Of a DNA stretch of 64,000 nucleotides, positions 47,562 through 57,851 are shown in pieces. The DNA comes from a virus (taxonomy: Duplodnaviria; Caudoviricetes), in IMG/VR virus record IMGVR_UViG_3300032250_000391, positions 32,103 to 96,102 of that record, one strand, 5' to 3'. Under the pieces are notes generated by a model. That model was given only the letters and a program-made list of their open reading frames with translations, was not told the DNA's origin and did no database searches. Made by a program: the position numbers and the translations under genes. Within the stretch, counting starts at the first letter, position 1, and every line of letters begins with the position of its first letter.

Positions 47562-48589
47562 AGTTCAATAACCTCTTCGAGCAACTTGGCACAATTAAGA
47601 GCAAGTGCTTCTTTATTTTCAAACTCTCCTGTATCAATAAAGCTTTTTACTGAAGCCTCCAATGTCAGCCCACTTTTGACGCTTGTCGTTCTTGCTTCTT
47701 TGGATTCTTTAACGGACTGAATGATGACTCCTTCTGCACCGCAGTCATCTATAAGCCAGTTTCTTAACTCTTGTAACTTGGCTGCTTTATTTTCTTTTGT
47801 TTTAATGCGAATGTAATTTCCGTCTACTATTAATGGCACATCTTTCTCTGGAGTGTCGCCATGAATGTCAACGAAAGCTGGAGCACGACTCATACGCCAA
47901 ACAACTTTATCTTCATGAACAATTAAGAAGCCAGCTTTGGCGCCAACGTCAGACCATGTTTGGTGAGTTAAAGCGCCAATCGAATACACGGAATTATCAA
48001 AGTCTTTATGATTGTGATAGTGCCCACTAAATACTCGCTTGTAGCCAAGCTTGGAAAGGTAGTCTGCGGTTAGACCGTGACTAGGCAGACCATAAATAAC
48101 GTCATCAATTGGTGCGTGAAGTATTAAGTCGCCAGTTGCTACCGGACTTGCGGCTTTTAGTATCTCTTTTAACTCTTTAACGCTATTAAACCAGGGAATA
48201 TAGGACAGCATTGCGCCGTCAGATATAGGCGAGTTAATAACTTTACAGCCTGCTCGCTCAAGTGCTGTAATGGCAGAGCTAACACGGTCTGCGTTTTTGC
48301 CTTCTAGGTCATGATTGCCAGCTAAGATTTCAATCTCAAAGCCGTCATCAGTGAGTTCAGAAAATAAATCCATAACAGGATTGAGTACGCTAGGCGCAAG
48401 TGAGCCACGAACGTGAAACACATCGCCTGCAATGACTAACTTGTTACCGCCTGCATCTCTTACTTCCTGCGAACATCTTCTAACCTCGTCTAGTTGAATT
48501 TGCAGGCGCGAATTGATACCTCTTTCATTCGTAGATGAAAATGCACTCCACGAATGAAAGTGAATATCTGCCATTAAGCCGTAAATCAT
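47558..48589 (-). CDS. SbcD/Mre11-like metallophosphoesterase nuclease
   Basis: DIH, GDVFH, GNHD, GHYH. Confidence 0.9.
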   Translation of the reverse strand: MIYGLMADIHFHSWSAFSSTNERGINSRLQIQLDEVRRCSQEVRDAGGNKLVIAGDVFHVRGSLAPSVLNPVMDLFSELTDDGFEIEILAGNHDLEGKNADRVSSAITALERAGCKVINSPISDGAMLSYIPWFNSVKELKEILKAASPVATGDLILHAPIDDVIYGLPSHGLTADYLSKLGYKRVFSGHYHNHKDFDNSVYSIGALTHQTWSDVGAKAGFLIVHEDKVVWRMSRAPAFVDIHGDTPEKDVPLIVDGNYIRIKTKENKAAKLQELRNWLIDDCGAEGVIIQSVKESKEARTTSVKSGLTLEASVKSFIDTGEFENKEALALNCAKLLEEVIEL

Positions 48590-48683
48590 TTGTTTTTTAC
48601 TAGGTCGCGCATAACCTACGCCTCTCTATCGTTTCTTGATTCTTCTAGTATATATTAATAAGTCAGGAGTGACTTATGGAAGT

Positions 48684-49151
48684 TTACATAGACATACTGG
48701 CTTCTATCTTTTTATCTGATATGGTTTTTACTTTGGTTACAAAGTTGTCACAGGTTACAAAGACTTGCTTTTGGTATGGTGGATTTTCATCTCTATACAT
48801 TAACTCTCTAAAATCTTCTATGCGAATAATATAGTAGGTAGATGTTGCCTTTCTAAAAAAAGACAGTAGAGATACCTCTAGGCTTTCAAGCAACTCTAAT
48901 ACGCTTTCATCGAGTCCCCAGCTTGCCTTTTTCTTAGCAAAGGCAAGCGCTAATGTTGGCTCTCTTCCTCTGTATATGTGGTCTTCCTTACGTTCGCTGT
49001 CGTAATACCTATAATCCACTTTTTTATCTTTAATAACCGAGCGAATTTGCCCGAAAGTTTTCCAAGTTCCTGTCTCAAAAGCTTGAAGGTCTTCTATAGT
49101 CTGTCCTTTTTTACTTTTTTTAGAAATCTGTAACCTTAAGTCCAATGCCAT
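48684..49151 (-). CDS. Hypothetical protein
   Basis: ORF in the replication operon. Confidence 0.55.
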   Translation of the reverse strand: MALDLRLQISKKSKKGQTIEDLQAFETGTWKTFGQIRSVIKDKKVDYRYYDSERKEDHIYRGREPTLALAFAKKKASWGLDESVLELLESLEVSLLSFFRKATSTYYIIRIEDFRELMYRDENPPYQKQVFVTCDNFVTKVKTISDKKIEASMSM

Positions 49152-49491
49152 CTTTTAATTTCCTTAAACAAATTACTGTTGTTAGTTTAGTATCGGTCAT
49201 AATATGAGGCCCGTAAATCTTGAACATGAGCTTGCCTAAGTCAATTGCACCAAGTCCTGTATGGTTCTTGTATGCATACTTTTCCAGCATTTCGTTCAAG
49301 TGTCCTTTGTGAAGCTCTGTTACTTCCGCAATGGATACAATTTCTTTAGTCTTCTCATTCATGATAGCCACATGCTCACCGACGACGAGTGTTTTAAACC
49401 ACTTGCCACCAATTCTGAATGTGTTGTAGTGCCCTTCTAAGCCCACTAGTGGCGGTACAAATCCGATAACGTACATCTCCAAACTCCACAC
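49120..49491 (-). CDS. Hypothetical protein (ASCH/PUA-like)
   Basis: NTFRIG...VGE pattern. Confidence 0.5.
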   Translation of the reverse strand: MWSLEMYVIGFVPPLVGLEGHYNTFRIGGKWFKTLVVGEHVAIMNEKTKEIVSIAEVTELHKGHLNEMLEKYAYKNHTGLGAIDLGKLMFKIYGPHIMTDTKLTTVICLRKLKDGIGLKVTDF

Positions 49492-49587
49492 ATAAAATCA
49501 ATTATAGAGTTCGGAATAATTAAATTACATTTTTAAGACAAATGATTTTGAAAATAATAATGAACTAGTTTCAGTAAACTAATCCTC

Positions 49588-50595
49588 TTAGTCAATTGGC
49601 ACCAAAGCAATCAGCTCTTTTTCCAATTTCTCTGACTCAATCTTCTCAATCAAGGCTTTGCGGTAATAGCTCTTACCATCCGTCCATGTAACGCGAGAGC
49701 CGCCTGACGCGATAATCTTCTTATCGACCAAGTAATCAAGCAATGAGCCAGTATTATCAAAATAACCACTACCATCCGGCTTAAACATAAAGCGCATTTC
49801 AGTTTCTTGGAATGGACGTGTAAGTTTACTTTTTACAATTTTGACCGTAATTACTTGCCCTGTGAGTTCTTTGCCGTCGCCTTTGTCTTCGATGATACGT
49901 TTACGAGCCAATTGAATACGTGATGTCGCAAAAAACTCCATAGATTGACCACCTGGAGTAGTAGTTGGGTCTCCATAAACGACGCCTGGCTTGGTACGAA
50001 TTTGATTAAGATAAAGTAAAGTCATGTTAAAGTCTTCGGCAAACTGAGCCATTAATTTTAACGTTTGAGAGGTAGCACGAGCCAATGCTGTGGAGTCGTT
50101 CATGTTGTATTCGTCTATGACTTTTTCAAGGACAGAGCGCGGTATCATTGCGGCAACTGAGTCAAATACAACTAAAATTGGAGCTTCCGCTGAAATAGCT
50201 TTTGACTCACGAATAGTCTTAGCTGCCAGAGCCGCAATTTTGTTGCTTTCTTCCCAAGTGCGAGGCTGTTTGTAAATCCATTGCGGAAAGGCATCATTTA
50301 ATCCATTAAGTTTAGCCATGCTTAAATCAAAGCTACGCTCGTGGTCCATAAACATTGCTACACCACCAACTCTCTGTGCTTCAATCATTAACTTCATCGC
50401 AATAGCAGTCTTGCCTGAGCTAGATGGCCCAAACATTTCAGTAATACGACCACAAGCGATACCGCCATCGTATTTGCCGCTAATAATTTTATTTAGTGGC
50501 GGATAACCTGTATCTAAAAAGTGCTTTACTTCTTGTTTATCTGAATTACCTCCAATTGCTTTTTCTAATTCTTTTGCTAAATCTGCCATACTCAT
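49588..50595 (-). CDS. recA: RecA-family recombinase
   Basis: GRITEMFGPSSSGKT, VFDSVAA, NQIR, TTPGG. Confidence 0.92.
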   Translation of the reverse strand: MSMADLAKELEKAIGGNSDKQEVKHFLDTGYPPLNKIISGKYDGGIACGRITEMFGPSSSGKTAIAMKLMIEAQRVGGVAMFMDHERSFDLSMAKLNGLNDAFPQWIYKQPRTWEESNKIAALAAKTIRESKAISAEAPILVVFDSVAAMIPRSVLEKVIDEYNMNDSTALARATSQTLKLMAQFAEDFNMTLLYLNQIRTKPGVVYGDPTTTPGGQSMEFFATSRIQLARKRIIEDKGDGKELTGQVITVKIVKSKLTRPFQETEMRFMFKPDGSGYFDNTGSLLDYLVDKKIIASGGSRVTWTDGKSYYRKALIEKIESEKLEKELIALVPID

Positions 50596-51503
50596 AATGC
50601 TTCTCCTGTAAATGGAATTACAAATTCGTCAAACTTTGCCAAAATAGAACTAAAGGCAAAGCGCATACATATTTCTCTAAATGCTTCTAGGTCAATCGCG
50701 CCGTTAATCACCTCTTTATTAGCGAAGTCGATGCGGTCAATTGAGCTATAAAGGCTCATTAAATGAATGTTCCGAACAAATGTTTGGTGAGCTTCTTTGT
50801 TTGCATGAAAGTCTCTAAGCGCCTTGCACTCGGTGATAACTTCTTCTGCTGGTGTCTTAATAAAATTTAAAGCTGAACCGTACTTGTCCAGTAGGTCTTT
50901 TGCCCTCTTTTCGCCTACGCCTCCTACGCCGCCAATCGTGTCTGAGTTATCGCCTTGCAGTGCTTTGCTTTCTACGAAGGCTCTGCTCGTCTTGTAGCCT
51001 GTAAACGCAAGAAAGCGTTTTGCATCCACGTATTCGTCACGAATAGGGTCATACCAGTCGACTTGCGGTGTGATTAACTGCAACCAATCTTTGTCACCCG
51101 TCGCTAGTATCACTTTAGAATTTGGCTCTGCTGTAAGCTTCTTGCTGAAGTAGGCAGCAAGGTCGTCCGCTTCTGAATTGAATACCGTGATTTGCTTAAC
51201 GCCCAGAGCCTTTAAGCCTTCTACAATGAAAGGACGCTGTGTCTTATAAGCGTCACGCTCTGCCTTTTTTTCAGGCGTAGACTCACGATTACTTTTGTAG
51301 GTTGGAAGAAGTTCGTATCTCCACTTTGCTCTGCCGTCCCACAACACCAAGCAGTCTGTAGGTTTAAATGTGCGTTTAAGTTGAGCAATAGACTTGAATG
51401 TGCCAAAGATTGCCTGCGTTTGTTGGTCGCCCGCAGATAACTTAGCGGCATAATTGCTTGAATAACCAAGTGCATTGCCGTCAATAACTAATGTTGTTTT
51501 CAT
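50592..51503 (-). CDS. 5'-3' exonuclease / flap endonuclease
   Basis: IDGN, YKSNR, EADD, GDKD, GDNSD..GVGGVGEKRA. Confidence 0.9.
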   Translation of the reverse strand: MKTTLVIDGNALGYSSNYAAKLSAGDQQTQAIFGTFKSIAQLKRTFKPTDCLVLWDGRAKWRYELLPTYKSNRESTPEKKAERDAYKTQRPFIVEGLKALGVKQITVFNSEADDLAAYFSKKLTAEPNSKVILATGDKDWLQLITPQVDWYDPIRDEYVDAKRFLAFTGYKTSRAFVESKALQGDNSDTIGGVGGVGEKRAKDLLDKYGSALNFIKTPAEEVITECKALRDFHANKEAHQTFVRNIHLMSLYSSIDRIDFANKEVINGAIDLEAFREICMRFAFSSILAKFDEFVIPFTGEAL

Positions 51504-51560
51504 AACGTGCCTTTAAAAGAAAAGCGTGAACAGGAATAACCCACTCACGCCTTTATTACG

Positions 51561-52442
51561 TTATTTCAAATCAGCCAATAGTTTGCTTAGTTCGTCGTCT
51601 ACTGGTGCTTCATCATCTAAATGATTCGCAAACTCCGCATCCAGAATTTTAGATTTTATCGCCGGTACAACGCCTTTTTCTACAGCTCGTAAATCTTCTT
51701 CGTCATCCTCGAAGTCCACTGAAGATACAGTCTTGGTCAAACGGTTTGTTTGATTTTCTGCTGGCAGTATACCTACTATTGCATGTATCGCAGTTAAGGC
51801 GCGATTACGCTCATCATTTGATTCCAGAGCGACGTAAGCGTCCAAGTCATGCAATCTTTTTAATGTTTCTGGACTTACTTTTGCAGATTTAGGTGCTGGC
51901 TGAACTGTATATTCAGTAGTTTGCTTGCCCTGACCTTTACGAGTAATCAAGATGTCCATACCTTCGTCTAAACTCAGCATGTCCATACCTTCTTCTCCCC
52001 AAGTGTCCATAATTTCTATCACATTTTGAAATACGCTAGGAGCCAACTCAAGAATTACTGGTGTGTTTGCGTCTTGGCTCCATGCGCTACGATTAAGAGC
52101 GTTTACTAAAACTCGGCTACTTGGTTTAGCATCTTTTAAAGCGGCGATTACGTCATCGTTTGTTGCGCTGTTCATGGCATTTGCCAGCCCATCACAGACA
52201 GCACAAGGCTTGCCGAATGTGCGGTCAGCGCAAATATTAACTGCTTTTACTTTGGTATCTAAACCCTTGATGTAGTGCTGTCCAAAATCATGCCAGAATT
52301 GTTCGCCTTCCTTGCGCCAAGTTGGCAGAATGCGAAATTGATTTTTTCCATCTTGCGGTTTGGTAGGTCTTTCACGCTGTCCAGACTGCACTTTAAGTTG
52401 ATTTTTTTTGTCGCGAATTAGTGCCATTAAGTTTTCGTTCAT
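51561..52442 (-). CDS. Single-stranded DNA-binding protein (gp32-like)
   Basis: FRILP, CAVC, acidic C-terminal tail. Confidence 0.7.
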   Translation of the reverse strand: MNENLMALIRDKKNQLKVQSGQRERPTKPQDGKNQFRILPTWRKEGEQFWHDFGQHYIKGLDTKVKAVNICADRTFGKPCAVCDGLANAMNSATNDDVIAALKDAKPSSRVLVNALNRSAWSQDANTPVILELAPSVFQNVIEIMDTWGEEGMDMLSLDEGMDILITRKGQGKQTTEYTVQPAPKSAKVSPETLKRLHDLDAYVALESNDERNRALTAIHAIVGILPAENQTNRLTKTVSSVDFEDDEEDLRAVEKGVVPAIKSKILDAEFANHLDDEAPVDDELSKLLADLK

Positions 52443-52558
52443 AATTTTTCCTTTTCTGTTTCATAGATGCCTTTTTGGTATAAACCTTTTCAGCGAATTT
52501 TTACTACACTTTATTATACGTCACCAATGACTTATAATTATAGGCAACATAATACTGC

Positions 52559-53185
52559 CTAATTGGCACTAAGTTTCTCTGCCAGTTTTCTACGCCTCTC
52601 GTCACGCTCCTCTGTGTCCATTACGCGTAAAGTGCCTTTCATTTCCTCGCGGTCACTAATTGCTAACTGCACCAACATATCTCTTTTTTGTTTAAATGAC
52701 TCAAGGACATCTTTAGCGAATGAAGAATTGGTACGCGCATCAATCAAACGACTCTGAGCGGCACCCCAACGACTGTCAGATACAACCGCCTGACGCACCA
52801 TTGCCTCTGTAACTTTGCCGCCAGCTTCAGCCAAGCTCTCACGATGTTCTCCGTCAAGTTTCGACTCCAGAATTTCAAAAGAAGCCTTTAACTTCTCATA
52901 CTGAGCTTGTGCCTGTGCGGCAGTCCATGCGTAACGAGCAAACAGTCCTGCTTGACTAATCAAGCCGTTATCTAAGTCGGTCTGATTAATGGCAATGTCG
53001 ATTGCTAGTTGCTTTGGGTCTACCGCGAAAGCCGATTTTGCCGTTGCTTCGGCTGCCTTGACTTCTGGTTTTGGTACAGCTTTTACTGGCTCTTCTAGCT
53101 CTGCCAATAAAGCTAATTCTTCCTCTGAAATTGATACCTCACTCATAATTTTCTCCTTAGTTGTGTTGTTCTCTAGTTTTAACAT
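52559..53185 (-). CDS. Coiled-coil protein (UvsY-like, tentative)
   Basis: Between SSB and polymerase; probable start MSEVS. Confidence 0.5.
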   Translation of the reverse strand: MLKLENNTTKEKIMSEVSISEEELALLAELEEPVKAVPKPEVKAAEATAKSAFAVDPKQLAIDIAINQTDLDNGLISQAGLFARYAWTAAQAQAQYEKLKASFEILESKLDGEHRESLAEAGGKVTEAMVRQAVVSDSRWGAAQSRLIDARTNSSFAKDVLESFKQKRDMLVQLAISDREEMKGTLRVMDTEERDERRRKLAEKLSAN

Positions 53186-53220
53186 TATACATCACTTGTG
53201 ACTTATATATTCAGGCAACA

Positions 53221-56200
53221 TTATGTTTCATCCGAATACTCTTCAGCTTCTTCTTCATACACTTCTTCCGCACTATCCACCTTGACTCCAATTAACTCTG
53301 CCGCCTTTGCTAGTACCGAGTTAAGCACTTTAACTTTGGATGCGTCAAAAGCGATTTGCGCAGGATTAATACCGCATACGATTGAGGCATCTAAACTTGC
53401 TAAATAAACTGTCTTGCCCACTACATCGCCAACTGTTTTGACGCTTGGCAAAAAGTAACGTATAGACGCTGAACCCAACGCAACAATAATTGGCGGTTTA
53501 AGCGCTTCAATCTCGCGCTTTAAGTAACCAACGCAATTGTTAATTTGAGAGTTCTCAAGTTGCTTGCCTGACTTTGGCGCTTTAACTAACGATGTCACAT
53601 ATATATCGCTCTGACTTAGACCAAATTCACGTAAGCCTGCTTTGATATAAGCGGCGGCATCACCCTCAAACAACTTGCCTTCTTTCTCTTCATGCCAGTT
53701 TGGAGAGTCAACAACTATCATCATCTTGGCGCTAGAACCCAAGCGAGGAAACGGATGCGAAGACTCTGACAAATTGCAAAGCTCACAGGCTTTAACTTCC
53801 GTCATAATGCGGACAATTTTCTTCTTACTAATGTCGCTTAAATCAAGAGGTCTATCAGCTTTTACGGACTCATGGATTAATCCTGGCAGAAGCTCCAATT
53901 GGTCTTTCAATCTGTCTGCATGGTCTGGCGCTAAACCACCTTTGATTGCATACATTGCGCCTACACGCTCAAGGTTATCTCTATGACGGACGTTGACTTT
54001 GGTCTTGTTAATGTGTTCCAACATGTGCTCTTCGTTTTTAAACAATCCGCCAGCTTTAGCACGCCCTTCCATAATATGATTGGTCACGTTCTCTGAAATG
54101 CCTTTAACTGTCTGGAAAGGCGCAAGTAATGAACCATCTTCACCAATCTCAAATAGATTAGATGAATAGTTTATGTTAGGCGGTAAAGCCTTGATACCTT
54201 TCTTCTTAGCATCAGCAATTAGCATCGCCATTTTGTCTTCAAAGTCTGACTTATCAAGAACAACGGTCATACTTGCGGCATAGAACTCCGCTGGATACAT
54301 TGTCTTGAGTGCCATCGTCCAGTAAGAAATAATGGAGTATTCAACTGAGTGTGACTTGTTAAAACCGTAACTAGCAAACGCCGAAATCTTGTCAAATATC
54401 TCGTTTGCTAGGCTGTCATCCACTTCGTTAGTCTTAAAGCAACCATCAACCCACTTGTCTCGCATGGCAGCCATACCGTCTTTATCTTTCTTACCCATCA
54501 CTTTACGTAGCTTATCTGCTTCCGCCATCGTAAAGCCCGCCAAGTCTCGTGCCACTTGCATGACTGACTCTTGGTAAATCATTACGCCATTAGTATCTTT
54601 TAACGCTGTCTCAAGTACAGGATGGTCGTAATAAACTGACTTTGCACCCTGCTTGACCTTAACATAATCATCCATCATGCCAGAGTCCATTGGACCTGGA
54701 CGATAAAGAGCGGTTGCGGCAGCCAAGTCATCAAATGTTAGCTTAACGCCCATTGCTAATGACTTAAGTAACGAACGCATACCTCCAGACTCAAACTGAA
54801 ATACACCAACCGTATCGCCCTCTTCGAACGCTCTCAGGACATTGCGGTCATCAAGCGATAGGTCTAAGTAGTTGAGGTCTACTCCATGACGCTTCTTAAC
54901 ATATTGCCTGCCAAGCTCAAGCACATCTAAGGTCGCTAAACCCAAAATATCCATCTTAATTAACCCAAAGCTTTCGACTGTATTTTTGTCCCAATTAACG
55001 ACTGAACCCCCTGTACGAGTTTCCACGACTGCACGTTCAACAAGAGGCTCACCCGCTACAACTACGCCTGCGGCATGCTGTCCTAAAGAGCGCATCGCTC
55101 CTTCAAGTCTTGTCGCGTGATTCCAAACAATTGGATAATCACTTCTAAATTTATCAATTTCTGGAACTTGATTTGCCGCCAAGTCTAAACTAAGCGGTGA
55201 GCCGTGCTCTTTAGGTACAAGCTTTGAGCATGAATAATTAAATGGAAGCATGTTGTAAACGCGAGCAACGTCACGCAAGGCGGAAGAAGAAGCCAATGTT
55301 GAGTAGTTACTAATGCCTGCTACGTATTCTGTACCATACTTATCGCGTAGGTACTCAATAATCATGTGACGCTTGGAACTCATAAAGTCCAAGTCAGCAT
55401 CGGGCAAGTCTAGACGTTCGGGATTAATAAAACGCTCAAATAATAAACCAAAACGAATAGGGTCAACTTCTGTAATGCCCATTAAATAAGCAACTAGAGA
55501 ACCACCAACAGAGCCGCGTCCTGGCCCTACAATAATCTCATTTGACTTAGCCCACTTTACAATGTCCTGCACCAATAAAAAGTACCCTGCGAAGCCCATG
55601 TCACGCAGTACGCCAAGCTCATAAGAAAGACGAGTTTTGTACTCTTCTAAATTTTCTGGCTGATAGCCAAGCACTCGCTTGGTCAGACGTTCGCTCCAGC
55701 CCACTTTAACCTTTGCAACTAAAGTGGCAAACTCATTCTCTGCCATCTTAGGCAAACATGGTGCTTGTTTCTTAAACTCATACTTAGCTAAGTCCACAAG
55801 AACTTGCATATTCTTTAACCCTGAAAGCCAAAAGTCATCGAATATTTCTTGCTCAAGTCCGTATAACTCCGTCATTCTCAGAGATGCCTGTTGCGCTTTT
55901 TTTGATAGAAAATCTGGCGAACAAAATGCGAAGTCACGAATGTGCGGAATGCTACGCGTTGGAGAGTCAATCTTTTGTTGTGCTGTAATTACACCAAGAA
56001 TATCGCGAGTATCAGCATCATTAAGCTCCTTGTACATGACAGGGTAAGTAACCAATGTGTTTAGCGCCTGCTCGTAAACTAATTTTATTGCTTTATGATT
56101 GAGTGTATTGAATAGCGGTGTATCAATTGGTACAAGCTCTACAAACGTTTTAGACGCACCAAATTTATCAACTAGCTTCGTCACTATGTCTTCATACTGG

Positions 56201-56643
56201 TCGTCGTGAAAGACGCTATAAAAGTCACCCGTAGACACTGCTATGCCATCTGCATCGAGTGCAAGCACATCTTCTAACCCTACGCGAGAGTGGTAGTAAA
56301 AATGCTCTGCGGTATTGGCTTTAGATAACATACGCATCACTGACTTCATGCCTGCTTCGTTTAGCACATAAACCTTTAACTGATAAGATGGATTAAAATC
56401 CACCTTTCTAGCAAGAGGGTCTAAGTAGACGCGAATTCTGCAACCTACAATGGGTTTAATGCCTTCCGCTTTGAGCTTGTCAAAGAATAATGGCATAGAA
56501 GATACAGTCATCATGTCCATAACCGCAACTGACTCGTATCCAAATTGTTTTGCTTTCGTTACGATATCCGACACTTGAAGCATGGACTCGCCAATACTGA
56601 AGTCGCTTCTAACGGAGAGCGCGTGTTTTAAATTAATCGTCAT
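53221..56643 (-). CDS. dnaE: DNA polymerase III alpha subunit with C-terminal UDG-like domain
   Basis: PHP domain, GPGRGSVGGS, PDADLDF, HAAG, KMDILGL, YGFNKSH; C-terminal CxxC...REIEALKPPIIVALG. Confidence 0.92.
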   Translation of the reverse strand: MTINLKHALSVRSDFSIGESMLQVSDIVTKAKQFGYESVAVMDMMTVSSMPLFFDKLKAEGIKPIVGCRIRVYLDPLARKVDFNPSYQLKVYVLNEAGMKSVMRMLSKANTAEHFYYHSRVGLEDVLALDADGIAVSTGDFYSVFHDDQYEDIVTKLVDKFGASKTFVELVPIDTPLFNTLNHKAIKLVYEQALNTLVTYPVMYKELNDADTRDILGVITAQQKIDSPTRSIPHIRDFAFCSPDFLSKKAQQASLRMTELYGLEQEIFDDFWLSGLKNMQVLVDLAKYEFKKQAPCLPKMAENEFATLVAKVKVGWSERLTKRVLGYQPENLEEYKTRLSYELGVLRDMGFAGYFLLVQDIVKWAKSNEIIVGPGRGSVGGSLVAYLMGITEVDPIRFGLLFERFINPERLDLPDADLDFMSSKRHMIIEYLRDKYGTEYVAGISNYSTLASSSALRDVARVYNMLPFNYSCSKLVPKEHGSPLSLDLAANQVPEIDKFRSDYPIVWNHATRLEGAMRSLGQHAAGVVVAGEPLVERAVVETRTGGSVVNWDKNTVESFGLIKMDILGLATLDVLELGRQYVKKRHGVDLNYLDLSLDDRNVLRAFEEGDTVGVFQFESGGMRSLLKSLAMGVKLTFDDLAAATALYRPGPMDSGMMDDYVKVKQGAKSVYYDHPVLETALKDTNGVMIYQESVMQVARDLAGFTMAEADKLRKVMGKKDKDGMAAMRDKWVDGCFKTNEVDDSLANEIFDKISAFASYGFNKSHSVEYSIISYWTMALKTMYPAEFYAASMTVVLDKSDFEDKMAMLIADAKKKGIKALPPNINYSSNLFEIGEDGSLLAPFQTVKGISENVTNHIMEGRAKAGGLFKNEEHMLEHINKTKVNVRHRDNLERVGAMYAIKGGLAPDHADRLKDQLELLPGLIHESVKADRPLDLSDISKKKIVRIMTEVKACELCNLSESSHPFPRLGSSAKMMIVVDSPNWHEEKEGKLFEGDAAAYIKAGLREFGLSQSDIYVTSLVKAPKSGKQLENSQINNCVGYLKREIEALKPPIIVALGSASIRYFLPSVKTVGDVVGKTVYLASLDASIVCGINPAQIAFDASKVKVLNSVLAKAAELIGVKVDSAEEVYEEEAEEYSDET

Positions 56644-56664
56644 TAAATAATATCCATAAAATTG

Positions 56665-57192
56665 TTATAGCGTGGCACGCATTACTCCAGAGCTATCTAC
56701 TCGTCCTACTTTTAGAGCTTCTATTACTTTTGTTGCCATCGAAACATGAGAGGCTGCCGTGCCATCCGACCAATCCAACTCTTCGATATAAATCGCTTTC
56801 AATTCTTTTTTTGTAAAGCCTTTGTTAAGTTGATTGATAGCAATATTCATAAATCGAGGAGTGCATTTTGCTTTGCCTTTAACACTTAATGCTTGCTTAA
56901 TATCTTCCAACTCTTTAGATAGCTTCATAGCAATTGGTCTAACTTTAACTGGTAGTCTGTCAAATGAGATTGCGTCAGAGATAAGTCTATACGAAGAATT
57001 TAGGGCTTTTTCAGGCAGTTTAGACCGCTCAAAAGATTGAATTTTTAATCTAACCTTTTCGCCATTAGTCTTTGCCAGAAGCTTACATTCATCTTTCCAA
57101 GAGCAAGAATTACAAAGCTTTGGCACTGAGTTGTATATAACAAAGGAGCCAAAGCATCCAGGCTTAAACGGTGTCATTTTTTGTAGTGCCAT
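56665..57192 (-). CDS. Zn-finger plus winged-helix protein
   Basis: PGCFG...CNSC...C; WSDGTAASHV. Confidence 0.6.
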   Translation of the reverse strand: MALQKMTPFKPGCFGSFVIYNSVPKLCNSCSWKDECKLLAKTNGEKVRLKIQSFERSKLPEKALNSSYRLISDAISFDRLPVKVRPIAMKLSKELEDIKQALSVKGKAKCTPRFMNIAINQLNKGFTKKELKAIYIEELDWSDGTAASHVSMATKVIEALKVGRVDSSGVMRATL

Positions 57193-57851
57193 AAAGAGTT
57201 ATCACCAACCGCTTTTCTCAGCTCCTCTTTAATTTTTTCCGTCTCTGTTCTAGAGAAGCCATAATATTTAGCAATAAGTTTCACATCTATTTGTTTTGGA
57301 AAGCTTGTACGAATACCTTCTTCGTGCGCCCGCTCGGCATAATTTTTTCTTTCTTCGAACTCTTGAACTAATCTAAGTCCTGGCTTAATCAAACATTTAA
57401 GAACCATTCTTGCCTTAAGGCTTAGAGTTTCAACCAACTCAAACGCATCCTCTTGTATTTCAAGTATCTCTGAAGGCGTAGCGTCTTCACTTGGAATAAT
57501 TTCGTAAAGACTAAAGTCACCATCTTCTTCGTTAGAAGCGATTTCCTCCAAACTTGTGGTCTTAACGGCTCTCGCTTGAGCGTCAATAATTTTGAGGCAT
57601 TCATTTCGCATCGCCGACACGTAGTAAGTAGAAAAGCGATTGCCTGATTGTCTGTTAAACTTTTCTACTGCGTGGCTAAAAGTCATTAAACATAACTGAA
57701 CAACGTCGTCGCATTCCATATAAAAGATACCAACAGACTCCAAAATCCTTAGAGTCTTGCCCGCAACACTATGGATAAGTTTCATGTTGTGTTCGATGCT
57801 GAACTGGTCATGTTCAGCGCCAAACTTCTCATTACGTGGAAGTGCATTCAT
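57174..57851 (-). CDS. Sigma-70-family-like protein
   Basis: Region 2-like DVVQ...AVEKFN..SGNRFSTY. Confidence 0.7.
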   Translation of the reverse strand: MNALPRNEKFGAEHDQFSIEHNMKLIHSVAGKTLRILESVGIFYMECDDVVQLCLMTFSHAVEKFNRQSGNRFSTYYVSAMRNECLKIIDAQARAVKTTSLEEIASNEEDGDFSLYEIIPSEDATPSEILEIQEDAFELVETLSLKARMVLKCLIKPGLRLVQEFEERKNYAERAHEEGIRTSFPKQIDVKLIAKYYGFSRTETEKIKEELRKAVGDNSLWHYKK

